Below, piece by piece: positions 1 to 12,327 of a DNA stretch of 64,000 nt. Under the pieces are notes generated by a model. It was not told the origin of the DNA and ran no database searches. It saw only the letters and a list, made by a program, of their open reading frames with translations. Origin of the DNA: Selaginella moellendorffii (Eukaryota > Plantae > Lycopodiophyta); NCBI RefSeq assembly GCF_000143415.4, contig NW_003314396.1:100895-164894 (forward strand), read 5' to 3'. The number at the start of each line of letters is the position of its first letter. Within the stretch, counting starts at the first letter, position 1. The position numbers and the translations under genes were made by a program.

Positions 1-415
1 GACCCGAGATGGACCCGAGATGGAGTCCGAGATGGAGTCCGAGATGGACCCGAGATGGAGTCCGAGATGGAGTCCGAGATGGAGTCCGAGATGGACCCGA
101 GATGGAGTCCGAGATGGAGTCCGAGATGGACCCGAGATGGACCCGAAATAGAGTCCGAGATGGAGTCCGAGATGGACCCGAGATGGAGTCCGAGATGGAG
201 TCCGAGATGGAGTCCGAGATGGAGTCCGAGATGGAGTCCGAGATGGAGTCCGAGACCGGAACCGAGACCGGGACCGAGACCGAGACCGAGACCGAGATCG
301 GGACCGAGACCGAGACCGAGATCGGGACCGAGACCGAGACCGAGGCCGAGCCCGAGACCGAGCCCGAGCCCGAGTCCGAGTCCGAGTCCGAGTCCGAGTC
401 CGAGTCCGAGTCCGG
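1..415. repeat. LTR-internal tandem repeats (GAGATGGAGTCC / GAGATGGACCC units, then GAGACC and GAGTCC hexamers)
   Basis: Directly visible; the same array occurs at ~5745-6268, 26065-26470 (reverse) and 49998-50305. Confidence 0.95.
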
Positions 416-1418
416 AGCCTGAGAGGGTGAAAGCCCAAAGCGTTCGTCTCCCAGACCCTGGGGGGTTTGGTGAGCTCCAAAAGTATAGTAGGGGGAGGAC
501 TGCAGTGGAGCCAGTTTGGCCAGGAAAGGCCAGTTTGGCCCAGGAAGGCCGGACCCAGTGTTGGGTGATGAGATGCCCACTGGGAAGTCCAAGACTAGAG
601 TGAACACGGACCGACAAGCGGGGTAGCTTGGTGAAGTGTTCAAGAGCCGGCTCTAGTTCCCCCGGGAGATCGACTGGCCGATGCTCCCAGTCCAAGTGTG
701 GGTGGCACTACCTACTTGGATACCAGGTGTGGCTCAACGGAACCTCGCTCTAAGCCCATGGCTAGAGCACCCAAGGGCAGAAGGCGAGGAGAGTACCCAG
801 GTGGCTCGCGTAAGGCCACGGTGTTCTGAAATGTTGTCCCAAAGGCCTAGACTGTGGAAAGGAAGAGGAGCAGTCCTCTGGGGTAGTGACCAAGGACACA
901 GTCGTGTGGTGAGGAAGTCCCAGAGGACCATGGGACTTAGTGGTCGGGCCTGTGGGCCTCGATCCAGTGGCAGTGTTGGCAAACACGGCCAGGGGCAAAA
1001 AGGGACTTGGTAGGAATTGACAAAGGGACTTTGGGGAAGGCGATTCCCCAGGTCTGTGGGCATCCTAAGGATGCTAAGGAGTGGATCTAGGATGACCACT
1101 CGTGGACCGATAGCCCAGTCTTGGAGAGACGGGATGGTGATGCAAGTGGTATTGGACCACTAGTGCAGCAAAGGTGAATGGGCATGGCCTTAGCGTAACG
1201 GGCCGAGATGTCAGTGGTACCTTTGGGTGTCGGTCTTGGGACCGGACATGTGGAGCACTTGGACCAGGTGCAAGTGTTGAGTGGCATGGATGCCATTCTT
1301 GGGGCTAGCAAGTCCCAAGTCCTGAATTGGACTTAAGGAGGTTGTGAGTGAGACTCCTCCAAGTGGTCGAAGGTGTGGTTAAGTGACTAAAGTAGAATGG
1401 AAAAATTAGTCGCTTACA
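1..1418 (+). repeat. 5' LTR of A1 (partial)
   Basis: Ends ...AAAATTAGTCGCTTACA at 1418 and matches the corresponding part of the 3' LTR almost exactly. Confidence 0.92.
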
Positions 1419-1421
1419 ACT

Positions 1422-1433
1422 TGGTATCGGAGC
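1422..1433 (+). promoter_or_regulatory. Primer-binding site (tRNA-iMet type) of A1
   Basis: TGGTATCGGAGC, 3 nt after the LTR end; the canonical plant Met PBS is TGGTATCAGAGC. Confidence 0.85.
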
Positions 1434-4400
1434 TGTTCCTTAGTCCGACTTTTATTGGTGCTCAAGTATATCACCACTAGTGTTGGCATCGGAAGGTCCG
1501 AGGAGTGGGCCTATCCTTGAGGAGTAGCAAGTCTGGAAGACATGGCTCTCCATTACAGTTCATGTGTGAACTTGTAGACGAGGTGGTGGATAGAAAAGGG
1601 CCAATAATGGAACGACTTTGGGATCTTGGGAACAGTGCAAGGTTTTCCTCATTGAGTTGAGGATGTGATCCGGATGAGCATTTGTCTCAGCAAATTGGCT
1701 TAGGTTGTTGTGGTAAACAACTAAAGTTGGGATCACGGGAAAGATAGAGACTCCAAAACAATAAAGGAGTCGCAAGATTATCCTCATATAGTTGAGGTTG
1801 GTGCTCATGAATGTGAGACCAAAGGTAATGACCGTGGAAGGTCAAATACGGAAGAGGACTCAAGTCCTTGAAATGGTGGCCGGGGCTACTTCTAATAAAT
1901 GCTGGAACAACCCAAGGAGTTGGGGGTGTATTAAGTGGATGAGTTGGTGTTCTCATCACATGGACAAGTAGTCCTAAGGGGCAAAGGTTGCCCCTAGAGA
2001 ACAAAATCAAGTGTCGGAGTAACACTTGTGAAAATAGTCCTTTTGAGTAGGACAGGAATGCAAGAAGTGTATTCTAGTGAACTAGTGCCTCACAAGTAGG
2101 ACCTTACGGGTCTGTGGATTAACCAAGTCCAAAACTGCTGGATGACTCAAGTAGAGTCAACGAATGGTCCTAAAAGGACTGAATGAAGCATTTGGACTGA
2201 GGTGCGTTGTACCCCACAAAGGATGGGGGGGGGATCATAGGATCCAGGGATGAGAACAGAGAGTATCTCATCGATGGTAAAATGTGCCATGCTAAAGTTA
2301 TGGGAAAGGTGTTCCCAGAAGAAAACAACTTTGACATAAAGTTGTGTGTGACCTCTATGGGGCAGTGCTAACAGACGGTTGGCATGAGAAAGAGCGGTGT
2401 TGGTCTTGGCAAAGACTTAGACACGAAGGGAAATGTCATAGAGGTAGGCTCGTGGAGCCGATGGTGTGGAGACACCAAATGTGCCAAGGTGTGATACCTT
2501 GAGGCTATGTTGGTGGGTTCATGAGAACCCCTTGCCAAAGGAATCCCAATGGAAATGGGAATGGCATAGCCTAAGCTGCAGAGCATGCAGTTGGAGTGTG
2601 GTGACCCAGATAGTGATGGAGGTGTGAAAGCACCAAGCAATGAGTTGTAGGACTTGACAACTATGAGGCAACTAAGCAAGAGGTGCAAAATAACTGGTTA
2701 AACGGGTAGAAGGTAGCTACCCAAGACTTCTAGTATAGGGAAGTCGGATATACCCTTATGGGGGATAAGTTGCTTATGTTGCGATATAGTAAGTCAATGT
2801 CATAAAAGGAAATACTCATTGTCAAGAAAGCCATCATTGGGACACCCGAACACTCTAGAACACCAGAAGGTGGTGTTTGATGTCGCGAGGGCAATGGATA
2901 AAGCCCAAGGGACTAAGTCCCTAGCGAATGATGGATAGAAGGTGCTATCCAAATGTCCAAGGTTGCGGAGACAGGAGAGGACTGTCTACCTAAGTTGGAC
3001 AAAGCCAAAAATGGAATTTTGGCAAGGCTAGTGATGGGCGTGTAAAGGCCCATAAGCAACAATGTAACCCCAGTGTGTGGGATTATAAGCTGAGCATACC
3101 CGGATTGAGGAACCACTCCCTGGGCTATTGGGTAGGTTCATCCTTAAGAATACTTGCTAGGGCATGATAGAAAGTGCAAAGCTATCCTCCTGGTCTGGAG
3201 GAGAACGACCAAAAGAAAGGTGTGAAGCCAAAAAGCAAGAAGTAAGGGGATAGAACCGAACCATAGGAATCAAAGGGCATAACCAAGGTTGGTTATGCCA
3301 GCTGGGAGTGGAGAATCAAGTGGGGGCTCGAGGGTGTTGCCGCTAGCAACCGTGATACCATGGAGAGTCTAAAATATGGAATTGTCCATGTTAGACTATG
3401 TGGCATTTTGATGGCTTGCAAAAAGGGAGGCCTTAGCAAACTGAGGGACAGAGTTCCTTCAAGGTTCCCAAAGACGATTCTAGGTAGCGTAGTACCTAAA
3501 AAGGCCAAGTGTAAATGGTTCATGGAACGCGCGAAATCAGAGTGGCGCAGCAAAAGCGTGGTCTTGAAGCTTGCCATGAGGCAAGGTTATCAAGGTTAGG
3601 GAAGTAGTTCCCGAGTGTTCAAAGAGAGGGCTTTGAACGAAAGTCGATGGTCAAGGACTTTCACGCTTATGCAGGAACCATGTTACAATGGTCGGAGGAC
3701 TTGCCAAGTGAGATTGGCACGTCGGGGGAACAAAGACCCTAGTTGAAGGTGATATCTTCAAAAAGGGTGGGCCAGGGGGCCAAGCATGGAGGAGTCCATG
3801 CATGATCACAGACATGTCAAGTGAGAGGACTTGGCAGTGTGGAGGAACTAGGTTCCTAAGCTGTGATCTGTAGCGCGCTTTAAAAATAGGTTGGTGCACC
3901 GGCGTGGGGAGTCACGCCAGGCATCTAGTGTGATGCCGTCCGTAGATGCATATACGGAGGTTGGGTTCGAGTCCCGACCCTCTAGTGCTTGGGTTCGAGT
4001 CCCAAATCACTAGGGCGTGGTGATGGTTTGGAATATGAGGACACTCATATTTCGGTGGTCATGGACTCTCAGTGGGGAGACTGGTTTGGGCACACCACCA
4101 AGCGAGGGATGCCTCGGAGTCGTGATGCACGGTTAGATTGCTTAGTGTGAAAGCTCAGCATATCTAACTTGAACACTTTGGTGCAAGTGGCACCAAGGTC
4201 GTGGTGAGTGAGATGGGGACACCTAATCTCAGTTGCTATGAACCCTTGGCCGTGAGGGCTAGCTTGGGTGCACCGCCAAGTGTGGGGGATGCCCCCGGGG
4301 TTATAGTCAACAACTTGGAGGTCTAGAAAACCAAGTACCTTTTGGCAACTCTGTTAAGGTGCCAAGGTGAGATCACTAGGTGATCTTATGGCCAGAAAAG

Positions 4401-5498
4401 GACAAGGTCCTTGGTTGGCTAAGGAATGAAGTTCCTGGTTCAAAATGTTGAAATTGAACTGTGTAAGGTGGTGTGGCTTGGTCGTGATAACCAAGTGGGA
4501 AGAGCACCTAAGGGAAATAAACTATGTCCGTGCGATGGCATAGTGAGTCCGAGGAAAGTAGTCTCTATAAAAGACCCATGGGAGGGTCACGAAGTTGGGC
4601 TGTGGATAGAGCCCATAGCAGAAGATGCTAAAGAGACGTACTAGGGGTGAACATCCTCCGGACTTGGCAAAGAAGAGTCTTTGCTATGGAACCGAAACAA
4701 TACCTCAAGGAGGGAGGTAGAGATTCGATGTTGCTTGGTGCAACAATCAACGGATAGGAGCAAAAGATGAGTGGCCAAGATAGGGCCGTGGAATCCCTTG
4801 GAAGGAATCCAAGTGACAAAGTTAGGCGAGGAACACTAATGTGTTGGACGCTAACAAGTTGCGGGAAAGGAAGTGTGTTTCCAAGGAGGGATTCCGAATT
4901 GCTCCGATTTGGCAAAAGTGGAAGCTCCAAGGGAGGGAGCGGTAAGGTAGCCAAATGATAGGGCGATGAACAGCCCTAGCACAAAGTATGATAACTGGAA
5001 CTTTGGCACGAAATAGAAGAGAGGATGATAGTGCCCTCGAGTAGAGAACTTCCTAGGATGGGAAGTGGAGTTGCACAAAAGGTGCAAGGCAAGGTGTCGG
5101 AGACACCTAGGAAATTGACTCCAAGAAGTCAAAATTCAAAGTTCCAAAGTGCAAAGGTAATATCGATGGAAATTGAGACTACTCGAGAAGGAGTAGTGGG
5201 ATTGACTTAGAGAAGGGTCTCTAAGAGGTTTAGCGAGAACTAAACCAATAAAAGGAGAGAACCACTCCTTGTGGTCCAATCAGTCTCTAAGTTGGGGAGA
5301 CTACCCTCCTTAGAGGATAGGCAAGGCATGGTGAGCCTTTGGTGTCAAACCATTGAGGCATATGCAAAAGGCATGGTGAGCCTTCAATGTCAAACCATTG
5401 ACAAATATTGGCTAGGTGCCAAGGATGGAAATGGTAACACATACGAGTGTTACTTTACAAAATGGTTTACCGTTCGATGAGGACATCGAACTTCGTCT

Positions 5499-5512
5499 AT
5501 GGGTGGTGGAGT
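5499..5512 (+). promoter_or_regulatory. Polypurine tract of A1
   Basis: ATGGGTGGTGGAGT immediately before the TG start of the 3' LTR; identical to the family B PPT. Confidence 0.85.
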
Positions 5513-7271
5513 TGTGAGACACAAAATCCCTAGGCCCCAAAGTGGAGCCGGAAGGGCGCCACATGGTAGTGGCCGAAGCGAGAGCCAAACGAGCGTAACA
5601 CGTCTGGACCAAAAGCTCCAACTTGAAAAGTCAAGAGCGGGAGTGGAACTCCCAACGAAGTGCTCGAGGAACGAGCACGAAGCGAGCAAAAGGCGAGGCT
5701 CCAAAAAGGGGACCCAAAAGGACCAACACATGACACGTGGGAGTGTCCGAGATGGAGTCCGAAGTGGAGTCCGAGGTGGACCCGAGATGGACCCGAAATG
5801 GAGTCCGAGATGGACCCGAGATGGAGTCCGAGATGGAGTCCGAGATGGACCCGAGATGGACCCGAGATGGAGTCCGAGATGGAGTCCGAGATGGACCCGA
5901 GATGGAGTCCGAGATGGAGTCCGAGATGGAGTCCGAGATGGACCCGAGATGGAGTCCGAGATGGAGTCCGAGATGGACCCGAGATGGACCCGAAATAGAG
6001 TCCGAGATGGAGTCCGAGATGGACCCGAGATGGAGTCCGAGATGGAGTCCGAGATGGAGTCCGAGATGGAGTCCAAGATGGAGTCCGAGATGGAGTCCGA
6101 GACCGGAACCGAGACCGGGACCGAGACCGAGACCGAGACCGAGATCGGGACCGAGACCGAGACCGAGGCCGAGGCCAAGACCGAGCCCGAGCCCGAGTCC
6201 GAGTCCGAGTCCGAGTCCGAGTCCGAGTCCGAGTCCGAGTCCGAGTCCGAGTCCGAGTCCGAGTCCGGAGCCTGAGAGGGTGAAAGCCCAAAGCGTTCGT
6301 CTCCCAGACCCTGGGGGGTTTGGTGAGCTCCAAAAGTATAGTAGGGGGAGGACTGCAGTGGAGCCAGTTTGGCCAGGAAAGGCCAGTTTGGCCCAGGAAG
6401 GCCGGACCCAGTGTTGGGTGATGAGATGCCCACTGGGAAGTCCAAGACTAGAGTGAACACGGACCGACAAGCGGGGTAGCTTGGTGAAGTGTTCAAGAGC
6501 CGGCTCTAGTTCCCCCGGGAGATCGACTGGCCGATGCTCCCAGTCCAAGTGTGGGTGGCACTACCTACTTGGATACCAGGTGTGGCTCAACGGAACCTCG
6601 CTCTAAGCCCATGGCTAGAGCACCTAAAGGCGAAAGGCGGGGAGAGTACCCAGGTGGCTCGCGTAAGGCCACGGTGTTCTGAAATGTTGTCCCAAAGGCC
6701 TAGACTGTGGAAAGGAAGAGGAGCAGTCCTCTGGGGTAGTGACCAAGGACACAGTCGTGTGGTGAGGAAGTCCCAGAGGACCATGGGACTTAGTGGTCGG
6801 GCCTGTGGGCCTCGATCCAGTGGCAGTGTTGGCAAACACGGCCAGGGGCAAAAAGGGACTTGGTAGGAATTGACAAAGGGACTTTGGGGAAGGCGATTCC
6901 CCAGGTCTGTGGGCATCCTAAGGATGCTAAGGAGTGGATCTAGGATGACCACTCGTGGACCGATAGCCCAGTCTTGGAGAGACGGGATGGTGATGCAAGT
7001 GGTATTGGACCACTAGTGCAGCAAAGGTGAATGGGCATGGCCTTAGCGTAACGGGCCGAGATGTCAGTGGTACCTTTGGGTGTCGGTCTTGGGACCGGAC
7101 ACGTGGAGCACTTGGACCAGGTGCAAGTGTTGAGTGGCATGGATGCCATTCTTGGGGCTAGCAAGTCCCAAGTCCTGAATTGGACTTAAGGAGGTTGTGA
7201 GTGAGACTCCTCCAAGTGGTCGAAGGTGTGGTTAAGTGACTAAAGTAGAATGGAAAAATTAGTCGCTTACA
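5513..7271 (+). repeat. 3' LTR of A1 (1759 bp)
   Basis: TGTGAGAC...CGCTTACA; followed directly by sequence matching an exon of the gene at 28305-33688. Confidence 0.92.
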
Positions 7272-9337
7272 ATGACTCAGATTCCTATGGCGGACTCCCC
7301 TTCCCCAATCTCAATGGAGAGGTACAATGGATGAGGGAAGCTTTTCAAGGCAGGGCCACGTTTTTCTCATCTCATCGTCTTCGAAGGGTGCAAGAACGTG
7401 CAGAAACCATGTTAAGACAGTCGGGTGAGGATACGGTCCTAGGTCACGCACTAAAACAGGCTATGGATGTCTTGTATTTTGAGATGGAGACTCGGCCAGA
7501 TGATTTTCCCAAGATGGTCCTGGAAGAACAAGCCATCCAGCCTGAGCAGCCTATGGAAGAAATGCAGGAGGGGGATGAGGAGCCAGAGAAAGATAATGAG
7601 CAGGAAGAGCAGAAGGACGAAGAGGAGGACAAAGAAGAGGAGGACGAAGAAGAGGAGGACGAAGAGGACTTGGATGGTCCTCATAATGGTGACGATCACA
7701 ATAACGACGACGACGATGATGACGACGATGGCCAGCCTGAGGTGGCCAAAGAGCGGCAGAGGAAGGTCATACAAGACAAACCATCAGGTAAATAATAATA
7801 CATCCATTCCTAACCTTTTACCATTTCTAACATTGTCCATGTAGGTCGCAGAGCAAATGGTAAGTAGAGATTATTCAGTTGAATTTACAAACTCTAGCCT
7901 TTAGTGTCGAGGAAGGATAGTGCCAAGCAAGGGTCGAAACGTATGTCCAATCCTTCAGAATCAGCAGTGCGCTCAAGTGATATCGGTCCTAGTTCCTCAA
8001 TAGCAGTTGATGGTAAATACAGTATAGTCGATTCAATGTGCTAATGAGTTTGTTTTTAGTAGCACGGGAGGATACCATCTCAATCGAAGGGAGATATTTG
8101 GACATGCATATGGATCCGCCAGTGGACTCTACTTGGCTGCAAGAGTCATCAGAGCTGGTGGAGACTACTATCCATATCAACGCCAAGCAAGCTGACCACG
8201 CTCCACTTGATGCTGCCCATACCACTGAGTCAATCTTGTCCACGTATCCAACTGACGGTGACCAGGCGCCATTGGACCCACATGAGGCCGCCCCAGCCGC
8301 CGAGCCGGTCGTATCCTCATTTCCAACGGACTCAACGTATGCCCAATCGTCTGACTACGCGCCGTTGGAACCTCCCTACACCGCCCCTGCTGCCTGTTCG
8401 GTCATGTCCACTTTGCCAACGGAGGCACCAGCTGAAATGGTGTGTGATCACACGCCATCGGAACCACCCCATGCCACTGTTGAGCCAGTTGTACCAGAGT
8501 CTATAGCTGAAATGGCATGTGCCCACACGCCATCGGATGCGATTGACCCCACATTGCAGAGGAGAGTATTTCCGCCCTTCACGTTTCGTCGACCAAAACC
8601 CTCTCAACGACCATCGGGAGCAACATTCGCTAATATTGTAGATGGTAAAATTGATTTGTACCATTTTTTATGCTGACGCATTTCATTTCAGAGTCACGGC
8701 GAAGGTACTGTATCGTTTTTGATCTGAACGGTGTCCTTTTCTCCCATGAGCGTGGCTCGTCCTCGAATGTCATTGCACCCTCCAAAGCCTGCGGTCGCAA
8801 GTTGGTCAAAAGAGACAGATTCACATTAATCACACGGGAGAAACTGCGGGATCTAATAATGACCATGCGACACTTAAAACAGAGGGCCGGGTTCAATTTG
8901 CAATTGGGAGTTTGGACATCCATGATGCGCCACAATGCCTTAACGTTGCTACAGATGATGCACGATCAGACGCGAGTAATATTACCATTTGACTTTCTCC
9001 TAACGCAGGAGGATTGCTTGACTATGGTCTACAAAGTTGTTTTATTAATAATGGGAAAGTAAAGATTGAATGGGGACTTGGGCTCCACCTAGACTCGGAG
9101 CAACTGAGCCAATATTAAAAGGATGGAAAGAAATTGGACGACGATGACAAGGAGAAGAGAGAGGTGAAGTAGTGGCAGGGGGAGGAGAAGTGATTGAGTA
9201 GACATTTCCTTGTTTAAAATAAAATGGCATGTGCCTCAATGTAGTTGAATTTTTATATTTATATACTATATAAAGGTTTGGAAACCTTATTTTACAAGTG
9301 GGATAATGACAATTCCCACTTTAACGAAATAAAGCTT
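7272..9337 (+). pseudogene. Inverted partial copy of the TIR-element left arm: 3' half of the ParB-like/FCP1-like gene, interrupted by A1 and with a 657-bp deletion
   Basis: Reverse complement of 28830-30569 joined to 27863-28175 through a GTC microhomology at 9027-9029; ends in a copy of the TIR (9314-9334). Confidence 0.88.
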
Positions 9338-12327
9338 ATGTTCCAGAAGGGGAACTAAGGAAGGTGGCCTTAGAAGAGTGTCATGACGGACCTCTTGCGG
9401 GACACGGCGGAGTGCCCAAGACGATGGGCTTACTCAAAAGGAAGTACCATTGCCAGATATGGCTAAGGACGTCCAAGACTATGTAAAGACATGTCCAACA
9501 TGTCAGCAGGTAAAAGCCGTGACTAAGGCTAGTGGGGGCTTGTTGCAAAGCATCCCAATTCCAGATCGCCCGTGGAAATGTCTTACGATGGACTTCATCA
9601 CGGGACTCCCCCCAAGCGAGGGGTTTGATGCGATATTCGTGGTGGTGGACCGATTTTCGAAAATGGCACACTTCATACCCACCACAACGGAGGTGGATGC
9701 GGAAGGTGTGGCAAAGCTGTTCTTCGAACAAGTGGTTCGAGTGCGGGGAAGACCGGAAGAGATCATCTCAAATCGAGATAAGATCTTCACCAGTAGGTTC
9801 TGGAGGACTCTCCTAGAACAGTATCACACCAAGTTGAAATTCAGCACAGCCTATCACCCACAGACAGGTATGGGGTATTAAGTCAAGTTGTTGGCACTAT
9901 CACTTCTTGACAGACGGACAAACGGAAAGGGTGAATAGGCAGCTGGAGGATTATTTGCGATGCTATGTCTCGGGAGACCAGACCGATTGGGTAAGTCATT
10001 TGGGACTTGCGGAAATGTGTTATAACAACTCACCACATTCGAGTATCGGGGTGAGTCCATGGGAAGTCATCAATGGGCGAGCTATTGAAGGTCCTGTGGA
10101 ACTCGGCATGGCCGAGTATCATGGAGAGTTACCCGTAGTGGAGGCATTCACGGCGGAAAGACTCAGCATTTGGAATCTAGTGAGGGATTCCTTGGAACGG
10201 GCTCAACAAAGGCAAACCAAATACGCGACCCAGAAGCGTCGGGAGGTAGAGTTCCAAGCTGGGGAGAAGGTGTGGCTGAACACCAAGAACCTCAGACTAC
10301 CAAGCGGGATCAGCCGAAAGTTGACCCAAAGGTAAAGATGCAAGTATTCCTGTAAATGAATTGATCTTGAGTTCCTTAAGCAGGTTCGCGGGGCCTTACG
10401 AGATTGAGGCACGAATCGGTAAAGTGGCTTACCGACTCCGACTTCCTCGAGAGATGCGGAAGATGCACCCAGTGTTCCACGTGAACTTACTCAAGCCGTA
10501 CTTTGAGGATCCGCTTCGCAAGGACCAAGTGAGACCTTTACCTGAGGTTATCCAAGGGGAAGAGGAATATGAAGTCGAGGCCATCCTCAATGCGCGCAAG
10601 AGCAAGCGACAAGGACGCGAGGTGAGAGAGTTCCATGTGAAGTGGAAAGGATTTCCACACTGCGAAGCAACATGGGAACCGGAGGAGAACCTAGCAAACG
10701 CACGAGATCTAGTGGAGGAATTTCTGCAAGGCAGAACTCTATGTACTTATGCAAAATTCAATTAAAAATATCAATTTGCAAAGTTGAGCAAGTGGCATAT
10801 GTTGGGACCCGAAGGCGCGCCGAAGGTAAGCTAATTAGCATGGGTTGGATAGGTCGACCAGGCGTAGGGCACTACACCCGACTCCCCGCGGGGATGTCGA
10901 ATCCGTAGACGTATTCTACAGAGGTTGGGTTCGAGTCCCAACCCCCTAGTAAAGCAAGGCTGGGTTCAAGTTCCGACCCCATACTAGGGCGTGGTGAGGT
11001 GAGGAGTATAGGGACACCTATATTCCGTTGTCATGGGCTCTTGGCCGGGGAGGCTAACTTAGGCACACCGCTAAGTGGGGGGATGCCCCCAGGGACATGG
11101 TCAACAAGTCGTAGGATAAAACGAGATGTTCGATGTGGGCATTGAACTTCTTCTATGGGTGGTGGAGTTGTAAGGAACCGACTCCCCGAGATGTCGTAGG
11201 CTAAAGGATCCCCAAAAGCTTGACCAAAATGACAAAGAGTTCATCGGATGGGACCAAGTCGAGGATCGAGTCCAAGACCGACTCTAGGACCGAGTTCGAG
11301 ATAGAGTCCGGAATCGAGTCGAGACCGACTCGGGGAACGAGTTCAAGTCCGAGTTTGAGACCGAGTTCGAGAAGGAGTCCGAGATCCGAAATCAGGGCCG
11401 AGACCGAGTCCGAGGTCGAGTTCAAGGTCGGGTCCGAGATCGGGTCCGAGATCGAGTCCGAGATTGAGTCCGAGACCGAATCCGAAGTCGGATCCGAAAT
11501 CGGGTCCGAGATCGAGCCAGAGACTAAGTCCAAATACTAAAACGGGTCAAGGGGTGAAAGCCCAAAGCGTGCGTCTCCCAGGGGGGGGGGGGGGGGCTGC
11601 AGGGGGTTCCAAAAGTATAGTAGGGATAGTGAGGTCCAGGAACCAGTTTTGAAGGGACTCTCCAGTTGGGCTTCCAAACCGACTTGAGGTTGAGACTGGG
11701 ACCGAGGGGCCTTGGGTGGGAGTGAGCATGGACTTGGCTGGTGCCGGAGGGGCCATCCAAGGAAGTGCTCAAGAGCAGCTCCCACTCTCGAAAGGGAAAC
11801 CGACTGCGGTGCTCCCGGCTCAGGTGGAGTGGTGCCCCACTTGAGTACCTTGTGGATTGGTCCTCGCCCTTCCGGGGGCTTGGGCCTTCCCTTCGGGATG
11901 GAAGAGGGGGGGTAGAGGTACCCATACCGGGCTGTTAGGCCACGGTGTTTCGCCCCGACGTCCCGAAGTAAGTGCTGCACCCAAGGCTTGGGATTTAGAG
12001 GGTCCCATGATCAAGTCTTGTGGTACCAAGGGGTGTTAGGAATCTGGAGGCTTGGTGTGCTTGGCTGCTTGTGCCTGCGGGGAGTGTAGCCGAACCTTAA
12101 GTCCAGTCTAACCCGGGGAGGGGGATTGGGAGAGATTTGGGAATCCGTAGATGGATGGCTAACACTCCGTTGCTCGTGCAGTGAGTAGCTGAAACCAAGT
12201 AGGACCAAGTAGGAGCTGGTACCATAGGCGAGAACCTTGGCGAGGGAACTTAGCACAAGCCAAGGCAGAGTTGGTCAGATAGACGAGGTGAGCTAGCAAA
12301 TTGGAAAGGAAAAATTTGTGGCTTACA
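9337..12327 (+). mobile_element. Duplicated 3' part of gypsy family B (integrase, chromodomain, PPT, 3' LTR 11169-12327)
   Basis: Near-identical to 40396-43384 and followed by the same flank GTGGGCTCATGC; carries the same two integrase introns (9868-9913, 10332-10383). Confidence 0.9.

Larger units (their letters stand above)
1..7271 (+). mobile_element. Non-autonomous LTR retroelement (LARD-like), family A, copy A1; 5' end lies outside the window
   Basis: Two near-identical LTRs (1-1418 partial; 5513-7271, TG...CA), PBS right after the 5' LTR, PPT right before the 3' LTR, and a ~4.1 kb interior with no gag or pol motifs. Confidence 0.9.

Noticed and set aside
418-445. Hammerhead-ribozyme-like CTGAGAG-GGTGAAAGCCC-AAAG in the A LTR (retrozyme idea)
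   Set aside because: The core lacks canonical CUGANGA and GAAA spacing, and the CTGAGA part is absent from B and C LTRs.
9-603. ORFs of MESE/SPRW repeats, including equivalents in other A and B LTRs
   Set aside because: Stop-free translations of tandem repeats, open in several frames on both strands.
3963-4003. tRNA gene or SINE
   Set aside because: Only T-loop hairpins are present; no clear A-box, acceptor stem or poly-T terminator.
1434-5498. Protein-coding genes in the A interior
   Set aside because: Only short ORFs whose stops differ among A1, A2 and A3; no gag or pol motifs.
9337-12327. Independent second insertion of gypsy B
   Set aside because: It shares the exact 3' flank and the 3'-LTR-specific repeat expansion with 42229-43384, so it is a duplication.
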